Below are positions 14,201 through 22,036 of a stretch of 32,000 nt of DNA, piece after piece. The notes under the pieces were generated by a model. That model saw only the letters and a list, made by a program, of their open reading frames with translations. It searched no databases and was not told the DNA's origin. The DNA is from Candidatus Poseidoniaceae archaeon (GTDB lineage Archaea; Thermoplasmatota; Poseidoniia; Poseidoniales; Poseidoniaceae): the NCBI GenBank assembly GCA_943789275.1, contig CALSTM010000003.1, positions 600,001 through 632,000 of the forward strand. Direction: 5' to 3'. Each line of letters opens with the position of its first letter. Positions within the stretch are counted from its first letter, which is position 1. Position numbers and translations under genes: made by a program.

Positions 14201-17200
14201 TTTCTGCGCCATCCTCGATGACGATTCCATCAAGTGTTGGGGCAATGGATTCAATGGGAAACTAGGAACCGGGACAACTTCCCACAGATCAACACCAACC
14301 TCAACCAGCGGAAGTTTCGCTACAGGTCGCTATGCGGTCGCCATTGACGCTGGCTACGATCACACCTGTGCCATTCTCGATAACGGCCAACTCACATGCT
14401 GGGGTTCTGATTCTGATGGCCAACTGGGTAACGGCGCTACCACGGGTACGAAATCATCGATTCAATCCACAACCGTCACTCTTGGGTCGGGACGAACGGC
14501 CATTTCGCTTTCTGCAGGTGGAGAGCACACCTGTGCGCAACTGGACAATGGACAACTCAAGTGCTGGGGGAATCGAGCAGACGGTCAAGTTGGCGACAAC
14601 GGGAATTTCAACAATCCGTCCGATCGCACGAGCCCTTCCTCCGTATCCAACAACAACCACGGCGGATATACCTATCTCAATACGGGCGTCATGCCTTCTT
14701 CCGCTGTTACTGGCGCTACCTGCGAGATCTCGCCTTCCCTCCCAACCGGCCTCAGTTTGACCGCCGGCACCTGCACCATCACCGGCACACCGACCGCTAC
14801 AGCCAGCAACGCCACCTACACCATTTGGGCCAACGTTTCCGGCACATCGTACAGCGGTCAAATCTGGCTTGAAGTCGGTTTGAATGCACCGGACATTTCC
14901 TATTCGTCTTCGACCTATACCTACACCAAGGACATAGAAATTTTCACGCTCAACCCAACCAACGTCGGTGGCGAAGTGACAACTTGGGCCATCAACGCAA
15001 CGTTGCCATCAGGCCTTACATTCGAGACCAGTAACGGTACAATTTGGGGCACACCGGACACGATTACGGCATCAACCACCTACACGGTATGGGCGAACAA
15101 TTCCGCTGATTCAGATTCCTTCACCATCACGTTCACCGTAAACGATGCTACTCCGAATTTCTATTACGGCAGCGCAAGCGGTGGAGGCGCACACACACTT
15201 GTCCTCTATCTGGATCAGACCATGAATCCACTCACGCCGACCCAGGCATCCGGGGGTGGAGCGATCACTTCGTGCAGCAGTTCACCATCACTGCCTTCTG
15301 GGCTGTCGTTGAGTTCAACATGTGTCCTTTCAGGAACACCTGATGCAACCGCTACCGGGGCCTTCTACACCATCACAGGAACCAACACAGGCGGTAGCGA
15401 TACAGCATCGTTGTACATCGAAATCCGCTCCTATGGTGGAACATTGAGCGTGACACCAAGCAACACTGAAGGCAGCGTGAACAGTTCCATCTCAGACATC
15501 ACGATGTCCTATGCGCATCAAATCAGCAACTACGGTTGGACATCTGGTGTAAGCAACACGACCACGACCCTCAGCAATAATTTCCTAACCGCAGGTGGAA
15601 CGCACCTGCTCGGCATTGATTCGGGCGATCAAGGCGAGATGGTCGTTGTCTATGCACATAACGATACGAGTTCCGCCAGTGGCACCTACAGCTTGGCCAT
15701 GATGTACCGCTGGGGCGGAACATGGACTGAAACCATTCTCGACACCGGCACAGATACGGGGTATCATCCATCGGTTGCCATCGATCGTCAGGGCGCAATC
15801 CACATCGCCTACATCGATGATCACAACGACGAACTTCGTTATGCTACCAATGCTTCAGGGTCGTGGGTCTTCACAACCTTGGGAAGTTCAACCTACGACA
15901 ACGATGACGGACGTGGAACGGCGATTGTCGTTCACCCAATTACAGATGCCGTTCACATTGTGACAACGATCAACGATAACACCTATCGTGATTTACAATA
16001 TCACACCAATGAAAGTGGTTCTTGGGTGAATGAGACCATCACCAATACGCTCTCGGATGAAGGTCATGACCCTGCTATGGCGATGGATGGCGACGGAAAT
16101 CTCCACGTCGCTTACTATTGCGACGATGGTTGTAGCGATTTGCGTATGTCCAGCCGAATCAATGGCGTTTGGCAAAACGAAACGGTTGCGAGCACCCTTA
16201 ACATTGGAAACGATCCTGACATTGCCATCGATTCACAGGGTACGATTCACATCGTGTCACAGTACCTCAATACCAAACGTATCTATCTCCATTCCGGTAC
16301 GCCAGGAAGTTGGACTGAACAAACAGGGCTCTCAGGAGGAAACGCTCACTGGCCTGTGGTATCGGTTGATTCAAATGATGCTGTCCACATCTCCTATCAT
16401 TTTGGAAACACACAAAAAGATGTGATGTACATGACCAACGCTTCTGGCTCTTGGTCAACAGCGTCCATGATTGAAGGATACGGTGGCTGGGGCAGTGAAA
16501 TGGTCATCGATGCCAACGATGACATCTTCATTCCGAACGTCGCTCCAGGAATAACAGAGATCCAATTGACCACAGTCAAGGGTTCAGGACAAGGTTTGAC
16601 AGCCCGTCCAACCTATGACATTGCACCGATGCTTCCTGACGGTTTGATCATGAACTGGCGTAATGGAACCATTTCGGGCACACCAACAGAAGCCCTTGCC
16701 AACACAACCTTCACCGTCACAGTCACCGCCCTCGGAACCACCACCACATCGGCCTTCACGCTCTTCATCACCGGCGCTCCCGGTGCTATCGCTTACAGCG
16801 ACATCTCAGGGACAAAGGGTACGGCCATCACCCCCGTCACACCGTCCATCACCACCAACGGCACGACCGGTAGCGTGACCTCGTGGACCATCAGTCCAAC
16901 TTTGCCAAGCGGGCTTTCATTCGGTACGAGCAATGGAACGATTTGGGGTACGCCAACAGTGGTTGTTTCCGGAGCGGTGTTCACGATTTGGGCGAACAAC
17001 TCGGTCGGGTCCAAGTCAACAACGGTCAACATCACTGTCAATGATGAAGCACCTGACATCTCTTACAATCCAGACTGGTTTGTTTTGACCAAGGGCACTG
17101 TCATGTCACCAACAGCGACACCAACCAATACAGGTGGTGCGATTCCATCGGGCATTGTCGACTCTGGAAGCAGTCTTGGTAGTCACACCTCAATCGCCCT

Positions 17201-19361
17201 TGATTCGAATGGATACAAGCATATTTCCTACTATCATGCCACCAATAAGGACCTCATGTATGCAACCGATAAGAGCGGTTCTTGGGTCACCACTTCGATT
17301 GATACATCTGGAATTGTTGGCCATTACACCTCCATCGCCATTGATTCCAATGATGATGTTCACATTTCCTACTATGATTCCACCAATGGCGACCTCAAGT
17401 ATGCAACCGATAAGAGCGGTTCATGGGTCACTACTTCGATTGACACCTCTGGAATTGTTGGCCATTACACTTCCATCGCCATTGATTCCAATGACGACGT
17501 GCACATTTCCTACTATGACACCACCAATGGCGACCTCAAGTATGCAACCAATAAGAGCGGTTCTTGGGTCACCACTTCGATCGATACATCTGGGACTTCG
17601 ATTTTTAGCTCTTACACCTCCATTGGCATTGATTCCAATGATGATGTTCACATTTCCTACTATGATTACACCAATGGCGACCTCAAGTATGCGACCGATA
17701 AGAGCGGTTCTTGGGTCACCACTTCGATTGATACATCTGGAATTGTTGGCCATGACACCTCCATCGCCATTGATTCCAATGATGATGTTCACATTTCCTA
17801 CTATGATTACACCAATGGCGACCTCAAGTATGCAACCGATAAGAGCGGTTCTTGGGTCACCACTTCGATCGATACATCTGGAAATGTTGGCGCTTACACC
17901 TCCATCGCCATTGATTCCAATGATGATGTGCACATTTCCCACCAAGATTTCGGGAATGGCGACCTCAAGTATGCAACCGATAAGAGCGGTTCTTGGGTCA
18001 CCACTTCGATCGATACCTCTGGAAATGTTGGCGCTTACACCTCCATCGCCATTGATTCCAACGATGATGTGCACATTTCTTACTATCACATCACCAATAC
18101 CGAACTCAAGTATATCGGTCTTGATTCTTCTTCGAATGTGCTTGGCTATTCGGTCAGTCCAGCCCTACCTGCAGGATTGAGTTTGGATTTGGGTACGGGT
18201 GAAATTTCAGGCACACCAACTGCGCTTTCAACCAACACGACATACACGATAACGGTACGCAACTCTGGCGGTACTAACACAACGACGATCACAATCGAGG
18301 TTCTCGACCAGTTGCCGACCATTGCTTACTCGCCAGAGAACTTGACGCTGACCAACAACACGGCCAGCACCGATTTGCCGCTGACTGCAACGGTCACGGG
18401 TTCGGGGACGATCACCTCTTGGGCGATCAACGCAACCTTGCCTGCTGGCCTCAACTTCGGAACCAGCAACGGTACGATTTGGGGCATTCCGACCGTGCTC
18501 CAAACAACGGCAACAACCTACACGGTTTGGGCCAACAACAGCGGTGGTTCCTCCTCAGCTACGGTGACCATCACGATCAACGACGAGGCACCAGGTCCAT
18601 TCGAGTACAACCCAGAGAACAACACGCTGACGAACAACACCTACGTGCATCTTGAGCCTGACTTCATCAACATGACAACGGGCAACGGCAGTTCTTGGTC
18701 CACCGCACCAGCGGGTTATCAATTGACGAGAACTGATTGGCCGAATGAACCGTGCCTCAATCATACCTACAATGGCACAACTTATGTCTCATATAATTCC
18801 AAATTGCACGGTTACGGTATTGCCAACAACACGTTATGGCTCATCAACAATACCATCCAAGGTGTCGGTTGTTACACGTACTCTAAATGGCCCTCAGGCA
18901 CTGGTTACTCGGAAGGTCTTAGCCAAATGTACGGGACATCGCTGTATTTCATTGGTAAAGATGGTTCGGATCGAAAGTTGTACGGCTACGGTATGGAAAA
19001 TGAAACCGTTTGGGTGGAGAGTACTGCGGAACCCCATGTATGGAGCATGCTGGTTGACGATGTCATGTACTTTTATGGCGAAACGGGTAACAGCGGGTAT
19101 GAACTCCACGGTCACAACCTGAGCAACGGCACCACTTGGATGCTGGACGATATTTACTCTGGCTCAGGAAGTATCACTGGGCCGGCTCTAGGACAGAATT
19201 GGCCGGTCTTGGTGGGATCGACATTTGTGTTTGTGGCAGTCTTCAGTAACGGTAGTACCTACAGTCGTGAGACATGGGCGCACAACATCAGCAACGGGAC
19301 ATCTTGGCGCCTCTCAATCGTATATGATGCATACCACAGCTGGCGCTCAGGTGATTGGTGA
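9531..19361 (+). CDS. Gene 2 fragment 2: beta-helix, LamG, He_PIG units, RCC1 propeller, propellers A2 and B, first kelch-like blades
   Basis: Frame 3 is open from 9531 (stop at 9528-9530) to TGA 19359-19361. The track ORF starts at TTG 9729, but the 66 codons upstream (FQNDEIVLYSGRYHENVTVDGKDNLLIRAADGARVVFDG...) are clearly coding. Confidence 0.9.
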   Translation, partial: TTPFQNDEIVLYSGRYHENVTVDGKDNLLIRAADGARVVFDGTRSITEDLGGVWGAADSDGIQEVTLPVDGWQLFLAYEEQVPARWPNAQFSDETVFNRSYWAEGTLTGSNNAYTQGWLTDAGPETGVHTGLNETINATGLDPEGAIAVMNLGSFRSNSRVITDWNSANGTFAYDGTGVGWKTKHHAYFLEGKRELIDVDGEWWFNNAINRLHYKTPSGQNANNLDLRVKVQPFAMSVENSDGVTIQGLDFFGTTVNFNECDGCSFTNSTLEYPSTSKRGLGIAGESEDDRWMTRFYRSTNSFVDNISITNTDGGALEFQGSAGQSHNNTVNNSYFHAIDWSAADQKGLMVTIYEGGRDMYFTNNTVHLTGASSVLSIGDAPKVFYNEVWDVGHLQTDGAVVQIMQGEAPGAEVAHNWIHDIIKYGARFDAPIGEAGEGRNGTMHHNVIWNVTGGLMVKGDYHDVHNNTVFNSSDGKNDIIALTDGEINNKNSTFHRNAVDKMADHRSGSWSLYPLPAGTYWNNWNGYVNTTDTVWNQLVDPANYDFRPKTNSHLDNMSAGAYDAGVSNPWTAGISWTYTTPDAPVEGCMLDYADNYDADATLSDGSCSFASYTPPATLDLRLHLDPTNSSSYSGSGTNVADLSGFNNYGTVAAAGPTWDGDFTRFSYDGACTGSTPNLVCDEIEVSDSTSLRPGGNDWSVSVWFNASTHQHSVILGAFDDGGAAVDVGWAIRMRASGGIYANVGTTSNNSAAWTSEASIDTDRWYHVVLVADPGNTLRLYVDGQNVGSGSLSGSGALRNVSNSLFIASYNGGEYSQTFDGQVGSVMAFADALNATTINQIYNASKGVYSNTTTLSFPQSSPTLLLGQTYSFPMTVANGEITTSYSLTGTLPSGMNFESSNGTIWGTPTAAMSTTSYTVTANNSAGTYSTSFSLTSQHAAPYDLAYAPENMTLEKGTAMTTNTPSVSGGAITSWEINPSVPTGLSFSTSTGAISGTPYVLQTTATTYTIWANNSGGNASAQVNITINDEVPIISYSYDDITGTKSVAISPHSGPTTSGGTITSWEISPSPGSAFHFNSANGYISGTPGILLARTQYTIWANNSGGSSVAYVNVTINDAAPNALGYSPENMTLEKDTAMTPNLPSVSGGTITSWEISPSLPSGLTWGASDGKISGTPAVLQTTTVTYTIWANNSGGSDSAQVNITINDQLASATYPSTVEVSNDRAMTTVSPTVTGGAVISWVIVPSLSSGLNFGSSNGSIWGTPTGLLENATYTVYANNSGGSTSITFTLGLNWTLTPSAEGAFITRNSSIASDITWEWDYDPLEAQNLSLVTGEWNTCALDSNQNVFCWGRNGNGQIGNGQTGTSGCGTSGHKCKDIPTATNDLGSDVISLAFGHQHACGLLDTGAVKCWGRNNAGQLGTSGGDKDTPQTINLGSGRTATSIYAGGHYTCAILDDASVKCWGENGNGQLGIGSNSNANTPTTINTLGSGRTAISLATAMSAVCALLDDGSVKCWGASANGQLGNGGTSSNLKSPPASAINLGTGRTAKAITGGESHFCAILDDDSIKCWGNGFNGKLGTGTTSHRSTPTSTSGSFATGRYAVAIDAGYDHTCAILDNGQLTCWGSDSDGQLGNGATTGTKSSIQSTTVTLGSGRTAISLSAGGEHTCAQLDNGQLKCWGNRADGQVGDNGNFNNPSDRTSPSSVSNNNHGGYTYLNTGVMPSSAVTGATCEISPSLPTGLSLTAGTCTITGTPTATASNATYTIWANVSGTSYSGQIWLEVGLNAPDISYSSSTYTYTKDIEIFTLNPTNVGGEVTTWAINATLPSGLTFETSNGTIWGTPDTITASTTYTVWANNSADSDSFTITFTVNDATPNFYYGSASGGGAHTLVLYLDQTMNPLTPTQASGGGAITSCSSSPSLPSGLSLSSTCVLSGTPDATATGAFYTITGTNTGGSDTASLYIEIRSYGGTLSVTPSNTEGSVNSSISDITMSYAHQISNYGWTSGVSNTTTTLSNNFLTAGGTHLLGIDSGDQGEMVVVYAHNDTSSASGTYSLAMMYRWGGTWTETILDTGTDTGYHPSVAIDRQGAIHIAYIDDHNDELRYATNASGSWVFTTLGSSTYDNDDGRGTAIVVHPITDAVHIVTTINDNTYRDLQYHTNESGSWVNETITNTLSDEGHDPAMAMDGDGNLHVAYYCDDGCSDLRMSSRINGVWQNETVASTLNIGNDPDIAIDSQGTIHIVSQYLNTKRIYLHSGTPGSWTEQTGLSGGNAHWPVVSVDSNDAVHISYHFGNTQKDVMYMTNASGSWSTASMIEGYGGWGSEMVIDANDDIFIPNVAPGITEIQLTTVKGSGQGLTARPTYDIAPMLPDGLIMNWRNGTISGTPTEALANTTFTVTVTALGTTTTSAFTLFITGAPGAIAYSDISGTKGTAITPVTPSITTNGTTGSVTSWTISPTLPSGLSFGTSNGTIWGTPTVVVSGAVFTIWANNSVGSKSTTVNITVNDEAPDISYNPDWFVLTKGTVMSPTATPTNTGGAIPSGIVDSGSSLGSHTSIALDSNGYKHISYYHATNKDLMYATDKSGSWVTTSIDTSGIVGHYTSIAIDSNDDVHISYYDSTNGDLKYATDKSGSWVTTSIDTSGIVGHYTSIAIDSNDDVHISYYDTTNGDLKYATNKSGSWVTTSIDTSGTSIFSSYTSIGIDSNDDVHISYYDYTNGDLKYATDKSGSWVTTSIDTSGIVGHDTSIAIDSNDDVHISYYDYTNGDLKYATDKSGSWVTTSIDTSGNVGAYTSIAIDSNDDVHISHQDFGNGDLKYATDKSGSWVTTSIDTSGNVGAYTSIAIDSNDDVHISYYHITNTELKYIGLDSSSNVLGYSVSPALPAGLSLDLGTGEISGTPTALSTNTTYTITVRNSGGTNTTTITIEVLDQLPTIAYSPENLTLTNNTASTDLPLTATVTGSGTITSWAINATLPAGLNFGTSNGTIWGIPTVLQTTATTYTVWANNSGGSSSATVTITINDEAPGPFEYNPENNTLTNNTYVHLEPDFINMTTGNGSSWSTAPAGYQLTRTDWPNEPCLNHTYNGTTYVSYNSKLHGYGIANNTLWLINNTIQGVGCYTYSKWPSGTGYSEGLSQMYGTSLYFIGKDGSDRKLYGYGMENETVWVESTAEPHVWSMLVDDVMYFYGETGNSGYELHGHNLSNGTTWMLDDIYSGSGSITGPALGQNWPVLVGSTFVFVAVFSNGSTYSRETWAHNISNGTSWRLSIVYDAYHSWRSGDW
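11292..11360 (+). other. Short Cys-bracketed motif GCMLDYADNYDADATLSDGSCSF
   Basis: The pattern is C-x(4)-A-x-N-Y-x(3)-A-x(3)-D-G-S-C. I recall similar short modules in marine surface proteins but cannot name a family. Confidence 0.3.
11380..12065 (+). other. LamG / concanavalin-A-like lectin domain (Laminin_G_3-like)
   Basis: LRLHLDP...DLSGFNNYGTV...FDG...IEVSDSTSLRPGGNDWSVSVWFNAS...RWYHVVLVADPGNTLRLYVDGQNVGS...FDGQVGSVMAFADAL matches the Laminin_G_3 pattern (W.HVA...L.LYVDG). Confidence 0.75.
13530..14650 (+). repeat. RCC1-type beta-propeller, 7 blades
   Basis: (V/I)KCWG.N..GQLG...repeats with H.CA.LDDGS: VFCWGRNGNGQIGNG, VKCWGRNNAGQLGTS, VKCWGENGNGQLGIG, VKCWGASANGQLGNG, IKCWGNGFNGKLGTG, LTCWGSDSDGQLGNG, LKCWGNRADGQVGDN. 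Confidence 0.9.
15430..16600 (+). other. Seven-blade propeller A2 (paralogue of gene 1 nt 1380-2595)
   Basis: HPSVAIDRQGAIHIAYIDDHNDELRYATNASGSWVFTTLG, GTAIVVHPITDAVHIV, DPAMAMDGDGNLHVAYY, DPDIAIDSQGTIHIVSQ, PVVSVDSNDAVHISYH, EMVIDANDDIFIP. It is collinear with gene 1. Confidence 0.6.
17155..18125 (+). repeat. Propeller B: 7 near-identical blades (~141 bp / 47 aa)
   Basis: (G)HYTSIAIDSNDDVHISYYD(S/T/Y)TNGDLKYATDKSGSWVTTSIDTSG(I/N)VG occurs 7 times. A 141-bp period was verified between 17322 and 17463. Confidence 0.88.
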
Positions 19362-19940
19362 TGTGGCTTACTTTGGTCAACAAACATCTTCTGGAATTTT
19401 CTCGCTCTATGCTTACAATGCTTCAAATGCGACGCTATGGATGGTTTCAGGGAGTAATGCTAATCGTGGTGTTGCTGTAACTATTGACGGTGTATTGTAT
19501 GGTAGTCGTGGTCTACAGTTCTCTTCCAGGTGGCTCTACACTCTGGGCGCACAACCCTAACAACGGAACCTCGTGGGTAATTGCTCCAAACATTGCTCCA
19601 GGAATTAATCAGGCTTTTGAGATAGCCGGAACGCTGTATTACAGGGGCGGTTTATCTTCCAGCCAAGAAGTATGGGCGTATGAGCCGACCAATACGACGG
19701 CATGGAAGGTCACGGACATCACGCTCCCTCAATCCGGCCTCTTCTTTGCCCTTGGTGACCTCATTTACTTTACAGGCAGCAACGCCACGACCAGTGGTGT
19801 TTGGGCGCACAGCACTTCCAACCATTCGACCTGGTTTGTGAGCAATCCATTCTCAAGCAACGCCGCCACCGCGGTTGCTGTTGTGAACGGTACGCTTTAC
19901 TTGGGTAATTCTGGAATGGCTGCTCATCAGCCAACCTCCA
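18640..19940 (+). other. Kelch-like ~9-blade propeller region spanning three reading frames
   Basis: Each blade has ...(Y/F)F.G...(L/V)(W/H/Y)(A/G)(H/Y)N.SN.T.W: LHGYGIANNTLW, LYGYGMENETVW, LHGHNLSNGTTW, TWAHNISNGTSW, LYAYNASNATLW, LWAHNPNNGTSW, VWAYEPTNTTAW, VWAHSTSNHSTW. Confidence 0.6.
19225..19560 (+). CDS. Gene 2 fragment 3 (frame 1): two kelch-like blades. Only about 19330-19515 is judged genuinely coding
   Basis: AGAQVIGDVAYFGQQTSSGIFSLYAYNASNATLWMVSGSNANRGVAVTIDGVLYGSRG fits the blade pattern of the flanking frames. Confidence 0.7.
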   Translation: MCLWQSSVTVVPTVVRHGRTTSATGHLGASQSYMMHTTAGAQVIGDVAYFGQQTSSGIFSLYAYNASNATLWMVSGSNANRGVAVTIDGVLYGSRGLQFSSRWLYTLGAQP

Positions 19941-21943
19941 TCAACTACCGGACGAACACGGGTGGACCCGTCACCTCGTGGGCGATCAACGCCAGCCTGC
20001 CGAGTGGCCTTTCCTTCAGCACGACCAACGGCAGCATCTACGGCACGCCGACCGAGCTGTGGACACAAACGTCTTACATGGTCTGGGCCAACAACAGCGG
20101 TGGCTCAACCGTGGCCTACCTCAACATCACCGTGGTTGACGAGTTACCAACGCTTTCGTATTCTCCAGAGAACTTGACACTGACCAAGAATCAGACAAGC
20201 ACCGATTTGCCACTGACTGCAACGGTCACGGGTTCGGGGACGATCACGTCCTGGGCCATCAGCCCAGTACTGCCTAGCGGTTTGTCCTTTGGAACGAGCA
20301 ACGGAACGATTTGGGGCACTCCGACGGTCTTGCAGACCAGTCCAGTGACCTACACCGTTTGGGCGAACAACAGCGGAGGTTCATCCTCAGCCACGGTCAA
20401 CATCACTGTCAACGACGAAGCGCCTGACATCTCTTACAATCCAGACTGGTTTGTTCTTACCAACAATACGGCCATGTCTCCGATTGCAACACCGACGAAT
20501 TCTGGTGGTGCGATTCCGTCAACCGTCATCGATTCAACTGGCAATGTTGGAGAAGATACTTCCATCGCCATTGATTCAAATGGAAACAGGCACATTTCCT
20601 ACTACGACGAAACTGGTTCCGACCTCAAGTATGCGACGGATAAAACTGGTTCTTGGGTCACCGTTTCCGTTGACACAACAGGGTTTGTGGGAACTGACTC
20701 TTCTATCGCCATCGATTCCAACGATGCAGTCCACATTTCCTACTATGATTACACCAATAGCGACCTCAAGTACGCCACTTGTTCAAGCGGTTGCACAATC
20801 GCAAGCAATTGGGACGATGTCTCCGTTGACACAACAGGGTTTGTGGGAACTGACTCTTCTATCGCCATCGATTCCAACGATGCAGTCCACATTTCCTACT
20901 ATGATTACACCAATAGCGACCTCAAGTACGCCACCTGTTCAAGTGGTTGCACAACCGCAAGCAACTGGGACGATGTTTCCGTTGAAACAACAGGTGTCGT
21001 GGGATCTTTCACTTCTATCGCCATCGATTCCAATGATGCAGTCCACATTTCCTACTATGATTCCACCAATAGGGATCTCGAGTACGCCACCTGTTCAAGT
21101 GGTTGCACAACCGCAAGCAATTGGATCACTACTTCGGTTGAAACGACAGGTGTTGTGGGATATTACACTTCAATCGCCATCGATTCAACCGATGCAGTCC
21201 ACATTTCCTACTTCGATAATACCAATGATGACCTCAAGTACGCCACATGTTCAAGCGGTTGCACAACAGCAAGCAATTGGGTCGATGTCTCCGTTGACAT
21301 AACAGGTCATGTGGGACGTTACACTTCCATCTCCATCGATTCTAACGATAATGCCCACATTTCCTACTATGATACCACCAATAGCGATCTCAAGTACGCC
21401 ACCTGTTCAAGCGGTTGTACAACCGCAAGCAATTGGGACAAGGTCTCCGTTGACACATCAGGTAGTGTGGGATATTACACTTCAATCGCCATCGATTCCA
21501 GCGATACTATCCACATTTCCTACTTCGATAATACCAATGACGACCTCAAGTACGTCGTTCTCGATTCTTCTTCGAATATGTATGGCTATTCCATCAGTCC
21601 AGACCTGCCTGCTGGATTGAGTTTGAACTTTACAAGTGGCGAAATCTCAGGAACGCCAACTGCACTATCAACCAACACGACCTATACTATTACAGTGAGA
21701 AACAGTGGTGGTGTGAACACGACCACGATCACAATCGAGGTTCTCGACCAGTTGCCGACCATTGCTTACTCGCCAGAGAACTTGACACTGACCAAGAATC
21801 AGACCAGCACCGATTTGCCGCTGACTGCAACGCGTCATGGGTTCGGGGACAATCACGTCCTGGGCCATCAGCCCAGCTTTGCCAAGCGGTCTTATCCTTT
21901 GGAACGAGCAACGGAACGATTTGGGGAACGCCGACATCATTGA
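19484..21943 (+). CDS. Gene 2 fragment 4 (frame 2): remaining kelch-like blades, He_PIG units, propeller C
   Basis: Sense runs from about 19515 to 21832. The last ~37 codons of the track ORF (RHGFGDNHVLGHQPSF...) are out-of-frame read-through after a C insertion at 21833, judged against the paralogous units at 18381 and 20221. Confidence 0.9.
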   Translation: MTVYCMVVVVYSSLPGGSTLWAHNPNNGTSWVIAPNIAPGINQAFEIAGTLYYRGGLSSSQEVWAYEPTNTTAWKVTDITLPQSGLFFALGDLIYFTGSNATTSGVWAHSTSNHSTWFVSNPFSSNAATAVAVVNGTLYLGNSGMAAHQPTSINYRTNTGGPVTSWAINASLPSGLSFSTTNGSIYGTPTELWTQTSYMVWANNSGGSTVAYLNITVVDELPTLSYSPENLTLTKNQTSTDLPLTATVTGSGTITSWAISPVLPSGLSFGTSNGTIWGTPTVLQTSPVTYTVWANNSGGSSSATVNITVNDEAPDISYNPDWFVLTNNTAMSPIATPTNSGGAIPSTVIDSTGNVGEDTSIAIDSNGNRHISYYDETGSDLKYATDKTGSWVTVSVDTTGFVGTDSSIAIDSNDAVHISYYDYTNSDLKYATCSSGCTIASNWDDVSVDTTGFVGTDSSIAIDSNDAVHISYYDYTNSDLKYATCSSGCTTASNWDDVSVETTGVVGSFTSIAIDSNDAVHISYYDSTNRDLEYATCSSGCTTASNWITTSVETTGVVGYYTSIAIDSTDAVHISYFDNTNDDLKYATCSSGCTTASNWVDVSVDITGHVGRYTSISIDSNDNAHISYYDTTNSDLKYATCSSGCTTASNWDKVSVDTSGSVGYYTSIAIDSSDTIHISYFDNTNDDLKYVVLDSSSNMYGYSISPDLPAGLSLNFTSGEISGTPTALSTNTTYTITVRNSGGVNTTTITIEVLDQLPTIAYSPENLTLTKNQTSTDLPLTATRHGFGDNHVLGHQPSFAKRSYPLERATERFGERRHH
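20525..21570 (+). repeat. Propeller C: 7 blades (~156 bp / 52 aa) with a CSSGC insertion
   Basis: G(T/S/Y)(D/F/Y)(S/T)SIAIDSNDAVHISYYDYTNSDLKYATCSSGCT(I/T)ASNWDDVSVDTTGFV. A 156-bp period was verified between 20687 and 20843. Confidence 0.85.
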
Positions 21944-22036
21944 TGACGCTCAAGACGTTCACAATTTCGGCGAGCAATAGCGGCGGTTCAGTCAATGCAA
22001 CCGTTAACATCACTGTCAATGATGAAGCCCCTGATA
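21834..22036 (+). CDS. Gene 2 fragment 5: one He_PIG unit split over frame 3 (21834-21893) and frame 1 (21895-22036)
   Basis: VMGSGTITSWAISPALPSGL, then an extra A at 21894, then SFGTSNGTIWGTPTSLMTLKTFTISASNSGGSVNATVNITVNDEAPDI. It overlaps track ORF 21940..22140, whose tail is out of frame. Confidence 0.7.

Noticed and set aside
17134-18180. A 348-aa alternative-frame ORF and a 222-aa antisense ORF (17421..18089) over propeller B
   Set aside because: Each 141-bp blade happens to lack stops in those frames, so the open frame is copied 7 times. The translations are repetitive Pro/Met/Ile-rich sequence with no domain signature.
20451-21620. 283-aa and 103-aa alternative-frame ORFs over propeller C
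   Set aside because: The same repeat-shadow effect as at propeller B.
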